Shown: positions 49,185 through 59,947 of the stretch, in pieces
Numbering within the stretch: the first letter of the stretch is position 1
Layout of the letters: each line of letters opens with the position of its first letter
Source: a virus
Taxonomy: Duplodnaviria; Caudoviricetes
Length of the DNA stretch: 64,000 nucleotides
Direction: 5' to 3' (one strand)
Virus record (IMG/VR): IMGVR_UViG_3300033405_000003
The notes under the pieces: model-generated
Seen by the model: only the letters and a program-made list of their open reading frames with translations
Database searches by the model: none
What the model was told of the DNA's origin: nothing
Translations under genes and position numbers: made by a program

Positions 49185-49459
49185 GCGGGGTGAAGGACGA
49201 CAAGGACCTCGCGCAGGAGAAGCTCGGGGCGCTCGAGTTCCCGCTCGGGCGGTACCAACACTACAAGGGTCCCTTCTACCGCGTCTTCGCCGTGTCGATC
49301 GACGAGGAGACGCTCGAGCCCCTCGTCCACTACGAGTCGCTCGCGCACCGGACGTCCTGGACGCGGAAGATGTCGAACTTCACCGAGACGGTGGCGCTCC
49401 CGTCCGGCGAGAAGAAGGCGAGGTTCCAGTTCGTGGGCTGGGCGGCCGGATTGAAATGA
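49181..49459 (+). CDS. DUF1653-domain protein
   Basis: GRYQHYKG..YRV....DEETLEPLVHYESL...WTRKMSNFTE. Confidence 0.85.
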   Translation: MSGVKDDKDLAQEKLGALEFPLGRYQHYKGPFYRVFAVSIDEETLEPLVHYESLAHRTSWTRKMSNFTETVALPSGEKKARFQFVGWAAGLK

Positions 49460-49673
49460 GCAGCGGCGATTTCTTCTGCGAGGAGCACTCCGCCTGGAAC
49501 TGCGCGTGCGCCCATCTGCCCGGATCCATCACGACGAGCGGCGGCGGGGCGGCGCGCAAGAAGGGCGAGCCCGCGAGGTACTTCACGTTCCAGGACGTCG
49601 ACGGCAGCCTCGCGGACGAGAGCGTGACGTTCCCCGGACCGAGCGCGTCCGAAGAAAGGTGATAGAGAGGATC

Positions 49674-50174
49674 ATGCTCAAGAAGATCACGAAGGTCCTC
49701 GCCGTCGTCCTCGGCCTCTCGATCGTCCCCGCCGCCGGCGCGTGCTCGGCGTGGACGAGTTTCCTCCAGAACCCAGCGGGCGCGATCTCGACGCTGCTCC
49801 AGTACGTTCAGATCTTCCTCCAGACGGCAGCGGCGATCTGGGCGATCATCTTCCCGCTCATCCCCGCCGCGTCCCAGGCGCAGGCCCAGGCCGAATACGA
49901 GAACGCCGTCTACACGATCTCGCAGGGCGAGGCCGCGCTCGAGGACGCCATGAAGGCCGCAGCCGCGGCCGGGCAATCGAGCCCGAACTTCTCGCAGCTC
50001 ATCGCGAACATCCAGGGCGCGGTCGACGCGCTCGCCGGCATCATCAGCAAGTGGGGCGGAGGCAGCGCCCTCGGAGACGCGGGCACGCTCGCGACCGTCT
50101 CGCCCCGCGGGGCCACGGCCGCGCAGATGGCCGAGCTTGCGCGCGAGCAGGGCGTCATCCACGCGTGGAAATAA
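49674..50174 (+). CDS. Putative lipoprotein
   Basis: MLKKITK, hydrophobic stretch and AGAC lipobox. Confidence 0.65.
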   Translation: MLKKITKVLAVVLGLSIVPAAGACSAWTSFLQNPAGAISTLLQYVQIFLQTAAAIWAIIFPLIPAASQAQAQAEYENAVYTISQGEAALEDAMKAAAAAGQSSPNFSQLIANIQGAVDALAGIISKWGGGSALGDAGTLATVSPRGATAAQMAELAREQGVIHAWK

Positions 50175-50212
50175 TCTCGCGCATAGACCGTGATTCAGAC
50201 CGAGGAGAGACC

Positions 50213-51598
50213 ATGCACAGGTGCCACAACTACCACCGCATCCACCCGCGCCTGCGCGGCGTCCGCCTCGGGGCCCGGGTCGCGAGGACGAGCTTCCCGA
50301 GCGGCACGCTCTCGCCCGCCGAGATCCTGACCGCGTACGGCTTCAAGCAGAACCAATTCGCCGGGATGGCGAAGACGCCGATCAAGCTCGGCGTGGGCAG
50401 CCTGGGCGGCGCGGTGGTGCAGGCCGACATCGACAACAGCGTCGCGGCGTGGGGGATGCTCGCCCCGAAGATCACCGTGCGCACCGTTGGCGGCGCGACG
50501 CAGGACCCGACTGATGCGGACTCCTGCACGGAGAACATGCTCGATCTTCTACCCACGATGGCCTTCACGTGGTGGTGGCTCACCGGCACCGCGGCGGATC
50601 TCACGATCTGCTTCGGGCCGAACGCGTCGAACGGCATGACGCTCGTGACGAACGATCTCGTCGCGGCAGGGTGCAAGGTCGCGAGCTGGTCGTGGGGCTC
50701 GGCCGCGGACCAGTGGGATCCGACGGAGCGCGCGGCGCTCGCCGCGGCGTTCCAAGCCGCAGCGCAAGCGGGCGTCACGTTCTGCGCGGCGGCCGGCGAC
50801 AACTCGATCGATGACGGCACGTCGTCCCCGTCGGCCGACTACCCGTGCTCGGACCCGTGCGTCTGGGCGGTGGGCGGCACGAACCTCCAGATCAACCCGG
50901 ACGGGAGCCGCGCCGGCGAGTCGGCGTGGGGCGACGGCCAGCCCGGCGACGAGGGCGGTGGCGGAGGATACGACCCGACCGTGCCTGTGCCGCCATACCA
51001 GCAGGGCGTGATCCCGGCGAGCGCCCCAGGTCGCGGCGTCCCCGACACCGCGGCCAACGCGGACCCGAATTCGGGGTGGCAGATGTCGGCCAACGGGAGC
51101 TGGACGGTCGTCGGGGGAACGAGCGCGTCCTCGCCGTTCACGGCCGCGCTCATCGCCGTCGCGAAGGCCGTCGGCGGAAACGCCGCGGGCCTCCTCACGC
51201 CCGCCATCTACGCGTCGCGCGCGACCGCGTTGAGCGACATCACGACAGGCTCGAACGGCGACCCGGCGGTTCCGGGGTGGGACCCGGCGACAGGACTCGG
51301 CTCGCCGAACGATGGTGGATTCATCGCGGCGCTCGGGAGCAGCGCCCCGGCGCCACCCACGCCGAACCCGCCGCCACCGAACCCGCCGCCGGCGCCGAAT
51401 CCACCGCCAGCCCCGAACCCGCCGCCAGCCCCGAACCCGCCGCCAGCGGCAAGCGTCCACAAGTACCAGGCGGTCGCATGGGCAGCGGAGGGCATCGCCC
51501 AGAACTGGCGTCCCGGCGCATCGCTCGCGAACGCGCAGAACTGGGCCGGCCAAGGACTCGCGCAGCGCTGGCCGCAAGGAGGCAAGAAGAAACCGTGA
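50213..51598 (+). CDS. S53 (sedolisin/kumamolisin) serine-carboxyl peptidase with Pro-rich linker
   Basis: ENMLD, SWSWG, AAGDN, AVGGT, RGVPD, GGTSASSP, DITTGSNG, GWDPATGLGSP. Confidence 0.9.
   Translation: MHRCHNYHRIHPRLRGVRLGARVARTSFPSGTLSPAEILTAYGFKQNQFAGMAKTPIKLGVGSLGGAVVQADIDNSVAAWGMLAPKITVRTVGGATQDPTDADSCTENMLDLLPTMAFTWWWLTGTAADLTICFGPNASNGMTLVTNDLVAAGCKVASWSWGSAADQWDPTERAALAAAFQAAAQAGVTFCAAAGDNSIDDGTSSPSADYPCSDPCVWAVGGTNLQINPDGSRAGESAWGDGQPGDEGGGGGYDPTVPVPPYQQGVIPASAPGRGVPDTAANADPNSGWQMSANGSWTVVGGTSASSPFTAALIAVAKAVGGNAAGLLTPAIYASRATALSDITTGSNGDPAVPGWDPATGLGSPNDGGFIAALGSSAPAPPTPNPPPPNPPPAPNPPPAPNPPPAPNPPPAASVHKYQAVAWAAEGIAQNWRPGASLANAQNWAGQGLAQRWPQGGKKKP
51355..51450. repeat. Coding repeats of about 18 bp (PNPPPA)
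   Basis: CCGAACCCGCCGCCAGCC-like units. Confidence 0.8.
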
Positions 51599-51990
51599 CG
51601 CCCTGGCAGAAGTTCAAGGCGTGGCTCACGGCCCACTCCGACTTCATGAACAGCGTCGTCTTCCTCGCGGCGATGGCGCACGTCGGATGGGCGACCATCA
51701 TCGTGCTCGCGCCGCAGTTCGTCCTCGGAACGGATCTCAAGCTCGCGACTTGGACGAGCATCATCCTCACGGCGTTCGCGGCTGCGAAAGAGTTTATCTA
51801 CGACGCCAACATCGAGAGGCCCGTGCAGTCGACGAAGGACAACGTCCAAGATTTCGTCGGGTATCTCGGCGGAATCGCGCTCGCGTGGATCCTGATCGGC
51901 TTCTCGATCCACTTCCACGCGCACGGAGCCGTGACGGTGCCCGGCGTGGCGCGCGACAGCAGCGCGGCGGTGGTGCTCCTCGGGAGGTGA
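51595..51990 (+). CDS. Multi-TM membrane protein
   Basis: Three hydrophobic segments; KEF..D motif. Confidence 0.6.
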   Translation: MTPWQKFKAWLTAHSDFMNSVVFLAAMAHVGWATIIVLAPQFVLGTDLKLATWTSIILTAFAAAKEFIYDANIERPVQSTKDNVQDFVGYLGGIALAWILIGFSIHFHAHGAVTVPGVARDSSAAVVLLGR

Positions 51991-52234
51991 CGATGCTGAG
52001 AGTGACGATCGAGTACGTCCCGAACGGCGACGAGATGCGCCGGCGCGTCATCCGCGTGATGACCATCACCAACATGACGAACCTCGCCGACAAGTCCGAC
52101 TACGAGGTGCACGTCCTCGGCGAGCGACACTCGCAGAAGAAGGACGGAGTCGTGCGCGGGCACGAGCGGAAGAAGTTCGGCCCCTGGGCGCTCGCCATGC
52201 GCGCGATCAAAGCGCTCAAGCTCGACCTCGAAGG

Positions 52235-52837
52235 ATGATGGACGAACAAGACGACACCACCCGCGCGGAGCCGAAGATCGTCGTGATCGACGAGGCGAAC
52301 GGTTACGAGCTTTGCGTGCCCGAGAACGGCAAGCGCCCGCGCGACAGCTTTTGGCGCAGGAAGGCGGACGCGGGGAACGTCGCGGCGCTCGTCACGGCGA
52401 TCAAGGCCGCGCGCCCGGCGCCGGAGCCGCAACCGGATCGCATCGACGTTGCACGCCTCGAGCCCGAGCTGCGCGCGGCGGCCGAGCCCGGGCCGGAGGA
52501 GCCGGAGCCGGAGGAGCCTAAGAAGACCTGCATCGACTGCGGGGACGAGCTTGCGCTCTCCTCCTTCTACCCGAACGCCCTCGCGAAGGACGGACGCCAG
52601 TCGCGGTGCAAGCCGTGCGACAAGAAACGCCGCGCCGAGTACAACCAGGGCCTCCACGTCAAGATGAGTGAGCGGCGCGCCTACGATCTCGAGGTCGCGC
52701 GCAAGCGCGCGCTCGAAGCCCAAGCAGCGGCGCAGGCGAAGCTCGCGGGGGACGAAGAGGCGCCGCCCCACTCGGCGGTCGTCTACACGTACAAAGGCGT
52801 CCGCGGTGGCCCTTTGATTTTCGGTTACGTGAAGTAG
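52235..52837 (+). CDS. Hypothetical protein with zinc finger of the type found N-terminal to phage HNH proteins
   Basis: KTCIDCG...F......DGRQSRCKPC. Confidence 0.6.
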   Translation: MMDEQDDTTRAEPKIVVIDEANGYELCVPENGKRPRDSFWRRKADAGNVAALVTAIKAARPAPEPQPDRIDVARLEPELRAAAEPGPEEPEPEEPKKTCIDCGDELALSSFYPNALAKDGRQSRCKPCDKKRRAEYNQGLHVKMSERRAYDLEVARKRALEAQAAAQAKLAGDEEAPPHSAVVYTYKGVRGGPLIFGYVK

Positions 52838-53424
52838 ACTGGAGCTGGAGCAGACGATGGGCTTCGAGGAGACGCGCGAGGATTTCTGGGGTGGCCGCGG
52901 AGACTCCTCCCACTCGCGGGAGAACTTCCTGAAGACGGCCGTCAAATGCGGCGCCGTGCAGACCGGGTACTGGAACGGGCACGAGTCCCCCTACTACGGC
53001 GCCCACTCGCACGCCGAGTCGCTCGCGGCGGACGGCCTGCTCAAGCGCTGGGAGGGGCCGTACCGCGTCCGCCAGATCCTCGAAGAGGAATCGATCTGGA
53101 TCCCGACCGAGGCCGGCAAAAAGATGGCGGAGGGCTCGTGACGACCACGTCGCCCGCGATGGCCCCCGTGCAGGCGTACGCAAAAGCGCTCAGCCTCCGC
53201 GGCAAATGCGAGCACGCCTTCGACGAAGACCCGAACACCGAGGTGGGCAAGGTCATCGGGACGCCGGACGAGAGCTTCTTCTTCGTCTACGTGATGACCG
53301 GCGACGCGGGGTTCAGGAGCCGCAAGATCGCGCGCACAAACATAGTCATCGCCTCGGCGCGGGGCGTTGAGATCCACGGGCCCGACGAGGAGGCCATCGC
53401 GATGATCCTCGGAGGCGGCGCGCG

Positions 53425-53727
53425 ATGACCACCATGATCAAGTACCCCCACATCGAGCTTCGCGTCTCGGTGCACGGCATGGGCGAGGAATTCTTCGTCG
53501 CCGGCACGAACGTCCCGGTGCGCCGCATCTACGACTGGTTCCGGCGCGGCGTGCCCGCCGAGACGCTCATGAAGCGCTACCCGCAGCTCGGTCCTGCGAA
53601 GGTGCTCTCGGCGCTCGCGTTCGCGCACGACCACAAGGACGTTGTCGAGAAGGACATCGAGCGGGCAGAGCAGGCCGCGAGGGCGGAGACGATCCCGCCG
53701 CCATCGTCCAGCGCGGCGCGCCCATGA
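53425..53727 (+). CDS. DUF433-domain protein
   Basis: G....AGTNVPVRRIYDW...G...E.L...YPQL....V..AL.F. Confidence 0.8.
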   Translation: MTTMIKYPHIELRVSVHGMGEEFFVAGTNVPVRRIYDWFRRGVPAETLMKRYPQLGPAKVLSALAFAHDHKDVVEKDIERAEQAARAETIPPPSSSAARP

Positions 53728-54561
53728 AGAAGGCGAGAGTGCTCATCCTCGGCCCGCTCGCCGGCACCTACCGCGGCGGCCAAGAGGGTCGCATGATGCG
53801 GACGCACGCGATCTACGAGGACGCCCCCAAAGCGTTCTGCGGCTACAAGGGCGAGGGGCTCGTCGACGAGTTCGGGGCGAACCCCGAGGACGTCGTGCCG
53901 ACGTGCCCGCGCTGCCGCGAGGTGTTCGGCAAGAGGCTCGCGCGCGGCATCATCGAACCCGTGGAGGCAAAGTCATGAGCACACTCGACGCGCGGCTCAC
54001 CGCGGCGATGCACGACGCGATGGAGGAGCTTTCGAAGAAATCGCTCCTGCAGATACAGACCGAGACCGCGATCACGTGGACCGGTCGCGCGATCGCCGCC
54101 TACAACATCTACATGCACACGCAGAGCCTCGCGGACCTCACGGCGGCCGAGGAGTTCGCCCACGAGGGGCTCGAACACGCAGCCCTCGCCGGGCCGCACG
54201 TCTACATGAAGATGCTCGAATGCCTCCACCAGGCGAAAGTCGCGGTCTCAGCGGTGCCGCCGACGAGCGTTTGACATGGGGACCTACACTGCGATCGTCG
54301 ACACGTGCATCTTCGTCCTGCTCCTCTGCTGGGCGTGGATGGACAGGAACAACAAGTACTTCAAGTGAGCCCTCCCGAGGTCCTTCCGCCGCCGCCCGGC
54401 ACGTTCACGATCGAGCTTCGCTTCACGCCGGACGACGATCCCGAGATCACGTGCATCGTGTGCGGCCGGGACAAGTGCGACCTCTCGGCGACCGTGCGCG
54501 ACCGGAGGGGCTGCCGCGTGACGATGGGCAAGCACACGGGGTGCACGTGGGTGATGGTGAA

Positions 54562-55029
54562 GTGAAAGCGCGCACGGACTTCGAGAAGATGATGCTGCCG
54601 ATCCTCGAAGCCTCGGAGGACGAGGAGGCCTCGCACCTCGTGCTCGACTCCTGGGACCACCGCCAGCTCGAGGACGCGGTCCTCGACGCCATCGAGTCGC
54701 TCCCGGCGCGAAAGACCGTGCGACTGCGCCTATGGGTGGGCAGGTTCGACGACTACTTGAGGTGGCTCCAGCTCGAGAAGCGGGGCTTTCGGGTCGAGAA
54801 GCTCTGGTCGAGCGAGCTGCCCACCAAGCACGACCAGTTCATCCTCTGGATCCCGTCGAGGGGGATGGAGACATACCTTGAATTCGGCGAGAGCGACGGC
54901 GTCGGCCCGCTCGTGGGTGCCGCCGTGGGAGCCCTCGCCGTTCACTGGCATTGGAGGGGGGAAGACGTCGAGAACTCGCCGCGAGGGGAACGCGGCGTGA
55001 GGTTCTTAGTCGACCGCGGCGCGTTCTGA
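54562..55029 (+). CDS. Hypothetical protein sharing a segment with 19523-20266
   Basis: DAVLDAIESLPARKTVRLRLWV. Confidence 0.6.
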   Translation: MKARTDFEKMMLPILEASEDEEASHLVLDSWDHRQLEDAVLDAIESLPARKTVRLRLWVGRFDDYLRWLQLEKRGFRVEKLWSSELPTKHDQFILWIPSRGMETYLEFGESDGVGPLVGAAVGALAVHWHWRGEDVENSPRGERGVRFLVDRGAF

Positions 55030-55081
55030 CAGTTCTTTTCGCGTTTTGGGTCGACTTCCGGGTGCGTGGTAATCTCAGGGC

Positions 55082-55294
55082 ATGGGAATCTTCGGCGCAC
55101 TCTCAATCGTCGTGTTCGTGCTCGGCCTCGCAATCTACCTCTTCTGCAGCGGGGGAATCACGAAGGCGACCATGGCGCAAGTCGGGCGCACCATGTTCTT
55201 CTGCGGCCTGCTCTCGTGGCTCATGAGCGCGGGCGCGCAGAGCTGCACGATGGGCGTCGCGAACGGCGGCGGCGGTTCAGCCCAGCACCACTGA
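55082..55294 (+). CDS. Small two-TM membrane protein
   Basis: Hydrophobic helices; GRTMFFCGL. Confidence 0.65.
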   Translation: MGIFGALSIVVFVLGLAIYLFCSGGITKATMAQVGRTMFFCGLLSWLMSAGAQSCTMGVANGGGGSAQHH

Positions 55295-55313
55295 GCGGAG
55301 GACCGAGCCCGAG

Positions 55314-56336
55314 ATGGCGAACCCGCACTTCTTCGGCACGCCGCTATCGGACGGCGCTTTCGACGACATCATCGACGACCTCCGTCGCGCGGGCCTCACG
55401 TGCACCGCGGAGAGGCCGAGCTTCGTCCACTGCTCGGGGCGCGGCGCCAAGTTCACGATCGTGCACGACGTCGAGGGCGGGATCCGCGCGTACCTCGTGG
55501 ACGCCGGCGGGCTCGGGGAGGGCGCCTGGGCCCTCGTCGATCCCGTCCTGATGCGGACATTCCGGACCGGGTTCGCGGACGAAGACTGGGACCTCGGCCT
55601 CGACATCTGCAGCATGCAGCCGTGCCCCTACACGGACGTCGACGGCAAACCGACGATGTACGCGTCGGGAAGGCCCGCAGGTCACGTCGGCGGCGACGAG
55701 TCGATCGACACGACCGGCAAGTTTTTGAACGCCGACGGATCAAGCTCGTGGCCCGGTGCTTCGGGTCTGCTCGATGACGGATGGACTGGTCCCTCGCTGC
55801 CGGGTGGTTACCCGCAGCGCGACGCGATGGAGAGGTTGCACGGCAAGCCGCACGCGGAGGTCATGGCCGACCATGCCCGGAAGACGGAGGCGCTGCGCGC
55901 GCAGCGCGGGGCGAAGGTCGGCGCCGAGTGCGTCGGCGCGTTCTTCTACGACGCGGACCTCGCGAAGTTCGGGAACGCCTTCAGCCCGTTCGTGCAGACC
56001 AACTCCCCCGCGTGGGCGAACCTCGCGCTCCAGCGGCCGTTCCAGGACCGGTACAGCCCCCGCTACGACAACCAGACGTGGGCGGACTGGATGGGCATGA
56101 GCGACGAGTGGGTCGGCGCCTCAGGCCCGCAGATCATGGGCGACGCGCGCGAGGTCGGAGGGGCGGTGGACACGCGGGCGCTCCTCGCGTCCGCCGCGAT
56201 CGTCGGCGTGGCCGCGCTCTTCGCCACGCGCAACAAGGAGCACTGGCTCGAGATCTCGGCGGCCGGCGCCGCAGGCGTGGCGCTCGTGTGGGGACTGTCG
56301 GCGTCGCGATCGGGGCGCCTCGGCCCGCCGCGATGA
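55314..56336 (+). CDS. Hypothetical protein with C-terminal TM pair and repeated VG(A/G) motifs
   Basis: GGAGG SD; two terminal hydrophobic helices. Confidence 0.65.
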   Translation: MANPHFFGTPLSDGAFDDIIDDLRRAGLTCTAERPSFVHCSGRGAKFTIVHDVEGGIRAYLVDAGGLGEGAWALVDPVLMRTFRTGFADEDWDLGLDICSMQPCPYTDVDGKPTMYASGRPAGHVGGDESIDTTGKFLNADGSSSWPGASGLLDDGWTGPSLPGGYPQRDAMERLHGKPHAEVMADHARKTEALRAQRGAKVGAECVGAFFYDADLAKFGNAFSPFVQTNSPAWANLALQRPFQDRYSPRYDNQTWADWMGMSDEWVGASGPQIMGDAREVGGAVDTRALLASAAIVGVAALFATRNKEHWLEISAAGAAGVALVWGLSASRSGRLGPPR

Positions 56337-57557
56337 GGTAAGCTCCACACCATGGCGAGAAGCAGGAAGACCCACCACGAGCCCGCCGCGGAGCTTCGGT
56401 GGCGGAGCAGGCAGCGGCCCGGCGCGATCATGAGGCCGGCCACGTTCGAGCGCATCGTCCGCAAGACGATGGCGCGGTACGGCATCGGCCGCGCGCGGGC
56501 GGAGAAGATCGCCGGTCGGGCGTACTGGACGACGGTCAAGGCCCGCTATCGGCACGCGACGCACGCCCGCACGCGGTGACCGCGACATGCCGATCGGACT
56601 GTCCAAGGCCGAGCGCCTGGCCATGAAGCTCCGCAGCCGGTGCCTGCGCGAGCTGAACACGAGGAAGGGCTCGGGCGCGGGCGCCACCTACTTCAAGGTC
56701 GACGCGGTGGACAGGAGCAACCTGATCCAGGACGCCTGGGAATTCGTCGTCGAGGAGAGGCAGATCTCGAGGACCGGTTACAGCTCGAAGGCGATCTGGA
56801 GGGGGCACATCATCGTGAACCAGGACCTCGACGTCCTCTTCGACACGTACGGCTGGTCGGAGGCGAAAGAGGGCAGGAACGCGGTGCCGCCCGACCTCCG
56901 CGAGGTCCTCTCGTGCGCGCTCCGGGGGCCGGGTTGAACCGCGCCATGCTCGTGCCCGACCGGAGCGGCGAGCCGCACGACCCGCTCGAGGTCGCGGACG
57001 AACTCGACCACCTGGGCGACCGGTCGCAGGCGGACAAGGGCGAGGCGCTCCACGACGCGGCCGACGTCATGCGCGGGCTCTACGTGCGGGCGCTCCTCGC
57101 GTCGGCGGACTCGCCGTGGCCGCTCCCCGACGTGCTCAAGAAGCTCGCCGACGCCGCAGACCACTTGCTTAACGACCACGCGTGCGACGCGCACGGCCAC
57201 GAGGGGCTCATGCAGGCGCGCGACGCGGCGCGATCGATCCTCGAGAAGATCGCGAAGGCGAACGCCCGATGAAGATCGAATGCCGCGACCACGAGCGGGT
57301 CGAGTGGGAGGGCCACGTGGTCTGCTCGGAGTGCGAGCGCGTCTACCAGACGAAGGACGACGCGCTTCCGCACTTCGCGCCGATGGTGTGCGCGTGCGGC
57401 GCGAAGCTGATGCCCGACAAGGACAACGGGAGGAAGAAATTCTCGGCGCGCTCGTGCTGCCCCGAGTGCTTCGAGGAGCGGATCCAGAAGCTCCATTGAG
57501 CTTGATGACGGCGACTTGACGGCAGCACGCGGGAGCGTTAGTTGTATAGCCAAGGCT

Positions 57558-57755
57558 ATGCAGAACGGCAACCGCGCCATGACGAGGCAGTTCAACTTCC
57601 GGTTCTCGGACGAGGCGTTCGAGCAGCTCGAGACGCTGTCGGCGGTCATGGGGATCAAGATGGCCGACGTCGTCCGCACGCTCGTCGCGCGCGCGTACAG
57701 GCAGCTCGACCAGGACGCGATCCGCGCGGTCAGGAGACGACGGGAGAAGACATGA
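57558..57755 (+). CDS. Ribbon-helix-helix regulator
   Basis: RQFNFRFSDEAFEQLETLSAVMGIKMADVVRTLV; TTGACG promoter at 57516. Confidence 0.75.
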   Translation: MQNGNRAMTRQFNFRFSDEAFEQLETLSAVMGIKMADVVRTLVARAYRQLDQDAIRAVRRRREKT

Positions 57756-58210
57756 AGATCGGAGACCTGAAGAAGCTCATCGCCGCCGTCCCCGACGACG
57801 TTGAGGTCGTCCTGACGGGCCGCGACCACCACTACAGCCGCGTCGGGCGCGGCTCGAAGGTGGTGAAGGCTGAGGACCACGGGGGTGGCGCGCGCGAGCG
57901 CCAGGACCTCGCGATGTACTACGGCGAGGAGCACCGCGGCTCGAGGACGTCGAGGATCGTCGTCGTCTTCTGGATCGACGACGGGAGGTACTGAGATGGA
58001 GCCGCGCGACATGGACTTCCTGGACGGCGTGTGCGACCTCGGCGAGCGCCTCCTCGGCGACGAGCCCGACCGCCTCCGGGTCGCGGCGCTCCTCGTGCTC
58101 GCCGCGCGCAAGGTCCTCACGGACGGCGCCGAGGTGGACGAGGAAGCCTTCGACGACGCGGTGGACGCGGCGATCGCGCTCGACTCCGCCAGGCGAGAGG
58201 ACCTCAACTG

Positions 58211-58780
58211 ATGAAGGACGTCTATTTCAAGCTCGGCGACGCCATCCAGGAGGTGCAGAAGACGTGGTCCACCGCGGAGACCATCGCGGGGCTGCTCCAC
58301 GACGCGCAGCGGATCGTCCTCGACTCCGAAGACGCCATCAAGAGGGCGCAGGCCGGCAGCCCCGTTCCGAAGGTCCTCCGGCTCGCCGAGATCATCGAGA
58401 AGCTGAACGTCTCCCCGAAGGGGCTCGAGCTGCCCGTCCTACTCGACTTCCCCGCGATGGAGGACAGTGGCGGCGAGATCCCCTGGGTGCACCCGACGTC
58501 GAGCATGGACTCATACCGCGGCTACTACGAGGACCTCGCCATCGGCTGGGCGGTCTCGAAGGACTACAAGGACGCCGCGCCGAAGGCTGGGGCGCTCCGC
58601 GAGGCGCTCCGCTCCGCCGTCGGCTCGACCTACGGCGGATGGAAGGGCGGCGAGTTCACGATGCGCGAGGACTCGCGCGTCTGGATCGCGAACTCGGGCT
58701 ACTCGACCGGCCTCCAGATCATCGAGGTCCTCGAGCGGTCGTACGCGATCTTCCTCCGGACCTGGAGAGAGAACCTATGA
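58211..58780 (+). CDS. Conserved phage hypothetical protein
   Basis: SYRGYYEDLA...GSTYGGWKGGEFTM...VWIA. Confidence 0.7.
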   Translation: MKDVYFKLGDAIQEVQKTWSTAETIAGLLHDAQRIVLDSEDAIKRAQAGSPVPKVLRLAEIIEKLNVSPKGLELPVLLDFPAMEDSGGEIPWVHPTSSMDSYRGYYEDLAIGWAVSKDYKDAAPKAGALREALRSAVGSTYGGWKGGEFTMREDSRVWIANSGYSTGLQIIEVLERSYAIFLRTWRENL

Positions 58781-59419
58781 CGGCCGAAAGAAGGGCGATG
58801 ACCGTCGCCGAGCTGATCGAGAAGCTCAAGGTGCTGCCACCCGACCTGCCGGTTTACTCCCTCGCGGATTCATGCGGCTGCATCGGCTACGACGTCATCG
58901 AGGTCGCCCAAGAAGAGGACATGCCTACCGGCTACGGCCCGGACGGCAACACCAAGCTGTACAAGCGCATCGTCGCGCTCCAATCGGGGGACCGTGAGTA
59001 AGATCAAAACGACGACGAACGTCTACGTGACGGAGACGGAGCTATGGCCGGACTACTTCGTCCGGGAAGCCACGGACGCCGACGACCACAACGTCATCAA
59101 GATGGACACGGAACTCTTCGAGCGTTACCGCGCCGCGCACTCAGCCTTCCACGAGCTGCGCGACGAAGTCCGGACGGCGATCTTCAAATCGGGAGTCAGG
59201 CTCTGATGCCCAGGAACAAGCAGCCGTTCTACCACCGCATGGAGGTGCTCTTCACCGCGACCGAGGATCTCTCGGAGGAGATGAACACCAAGAAGTTCAA
59301 GCGGGCGCTCGCGCAGTTCTTCAGGAGTACGCTCGGCAAGTCGCTGAGGGGCAGCGTGGAGTACGACGCGCCGGTCTCCGCAGAGCCCGGGGACCCGCAC
59401 GACCTCATGTAGGAGACGG

Positions 59420-59947
59420 ATGATGGCCAGGAAGAAGAAAAACGCGACGCTCTCGGGCCAGACGGCGAAAGTCGACTCCATCGCGAGCCGGCTCCGCGCG
59501 AAGGCGGAACCCGACCCGTGGGAGACGGGGGAGGTCGTCGTGGCCGAAGCCGCGGAGGCCGCGAAGACGAACGCGTCGATCCTCGAGAGGTACCACTGGA
59601 AGGAGGTCCACGCCCCGAGGGGCTGGTACCCGACCGTCCCGGGCTCCGAGCTTGTCGGCTTCTACGGCGGCCGGACCACGCGCAGGAGCACGTACGGGCA
59701 GTACGACGTCATCCTCGTCCACGTCCCCGCGCGCGGCTCGTTCATGGTCTCCGGCACGAAGCTCATGCAGCTCGTCGACGCGGCGATGATCGACGTCGGC
59801 CACCCCATCCGCGTCGTGTGGGAGGGGCACCAGCCCCTCGGCATCAACGCCGCGACCGGCGAGGAGAAGAAGATGAAGCTCTTCAAAGTGCTCGTCGCCG
59901 AGGGTGAGCCCATCGACGCGGCGGACCTGCCGAGGGTGTCGCAATGA
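59420..59947 (+). CDS. Putative OB-fold ssDNA-binding-like protein
   Basis: W.P...G.ELVG.Y...SGTKL...VGHPIRVVWEG...MKLFKV. Confidence 0.5.
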   Translation: MMARKKKNATLSGQTAKVDSIASRLRAKAEPDPWETGEVVVAEAAEAAKTNASILERYHWKEVHAPRGWYPTVPGSELVGFYGGRTTRRSTYGQYDVILVHVPARGSFMVSGTKLMQLVDAAMIDVGHPIRVVWEGHQPLGINAATGEEKKMKLFKVLVAEGEPIDAADLPRVSQ

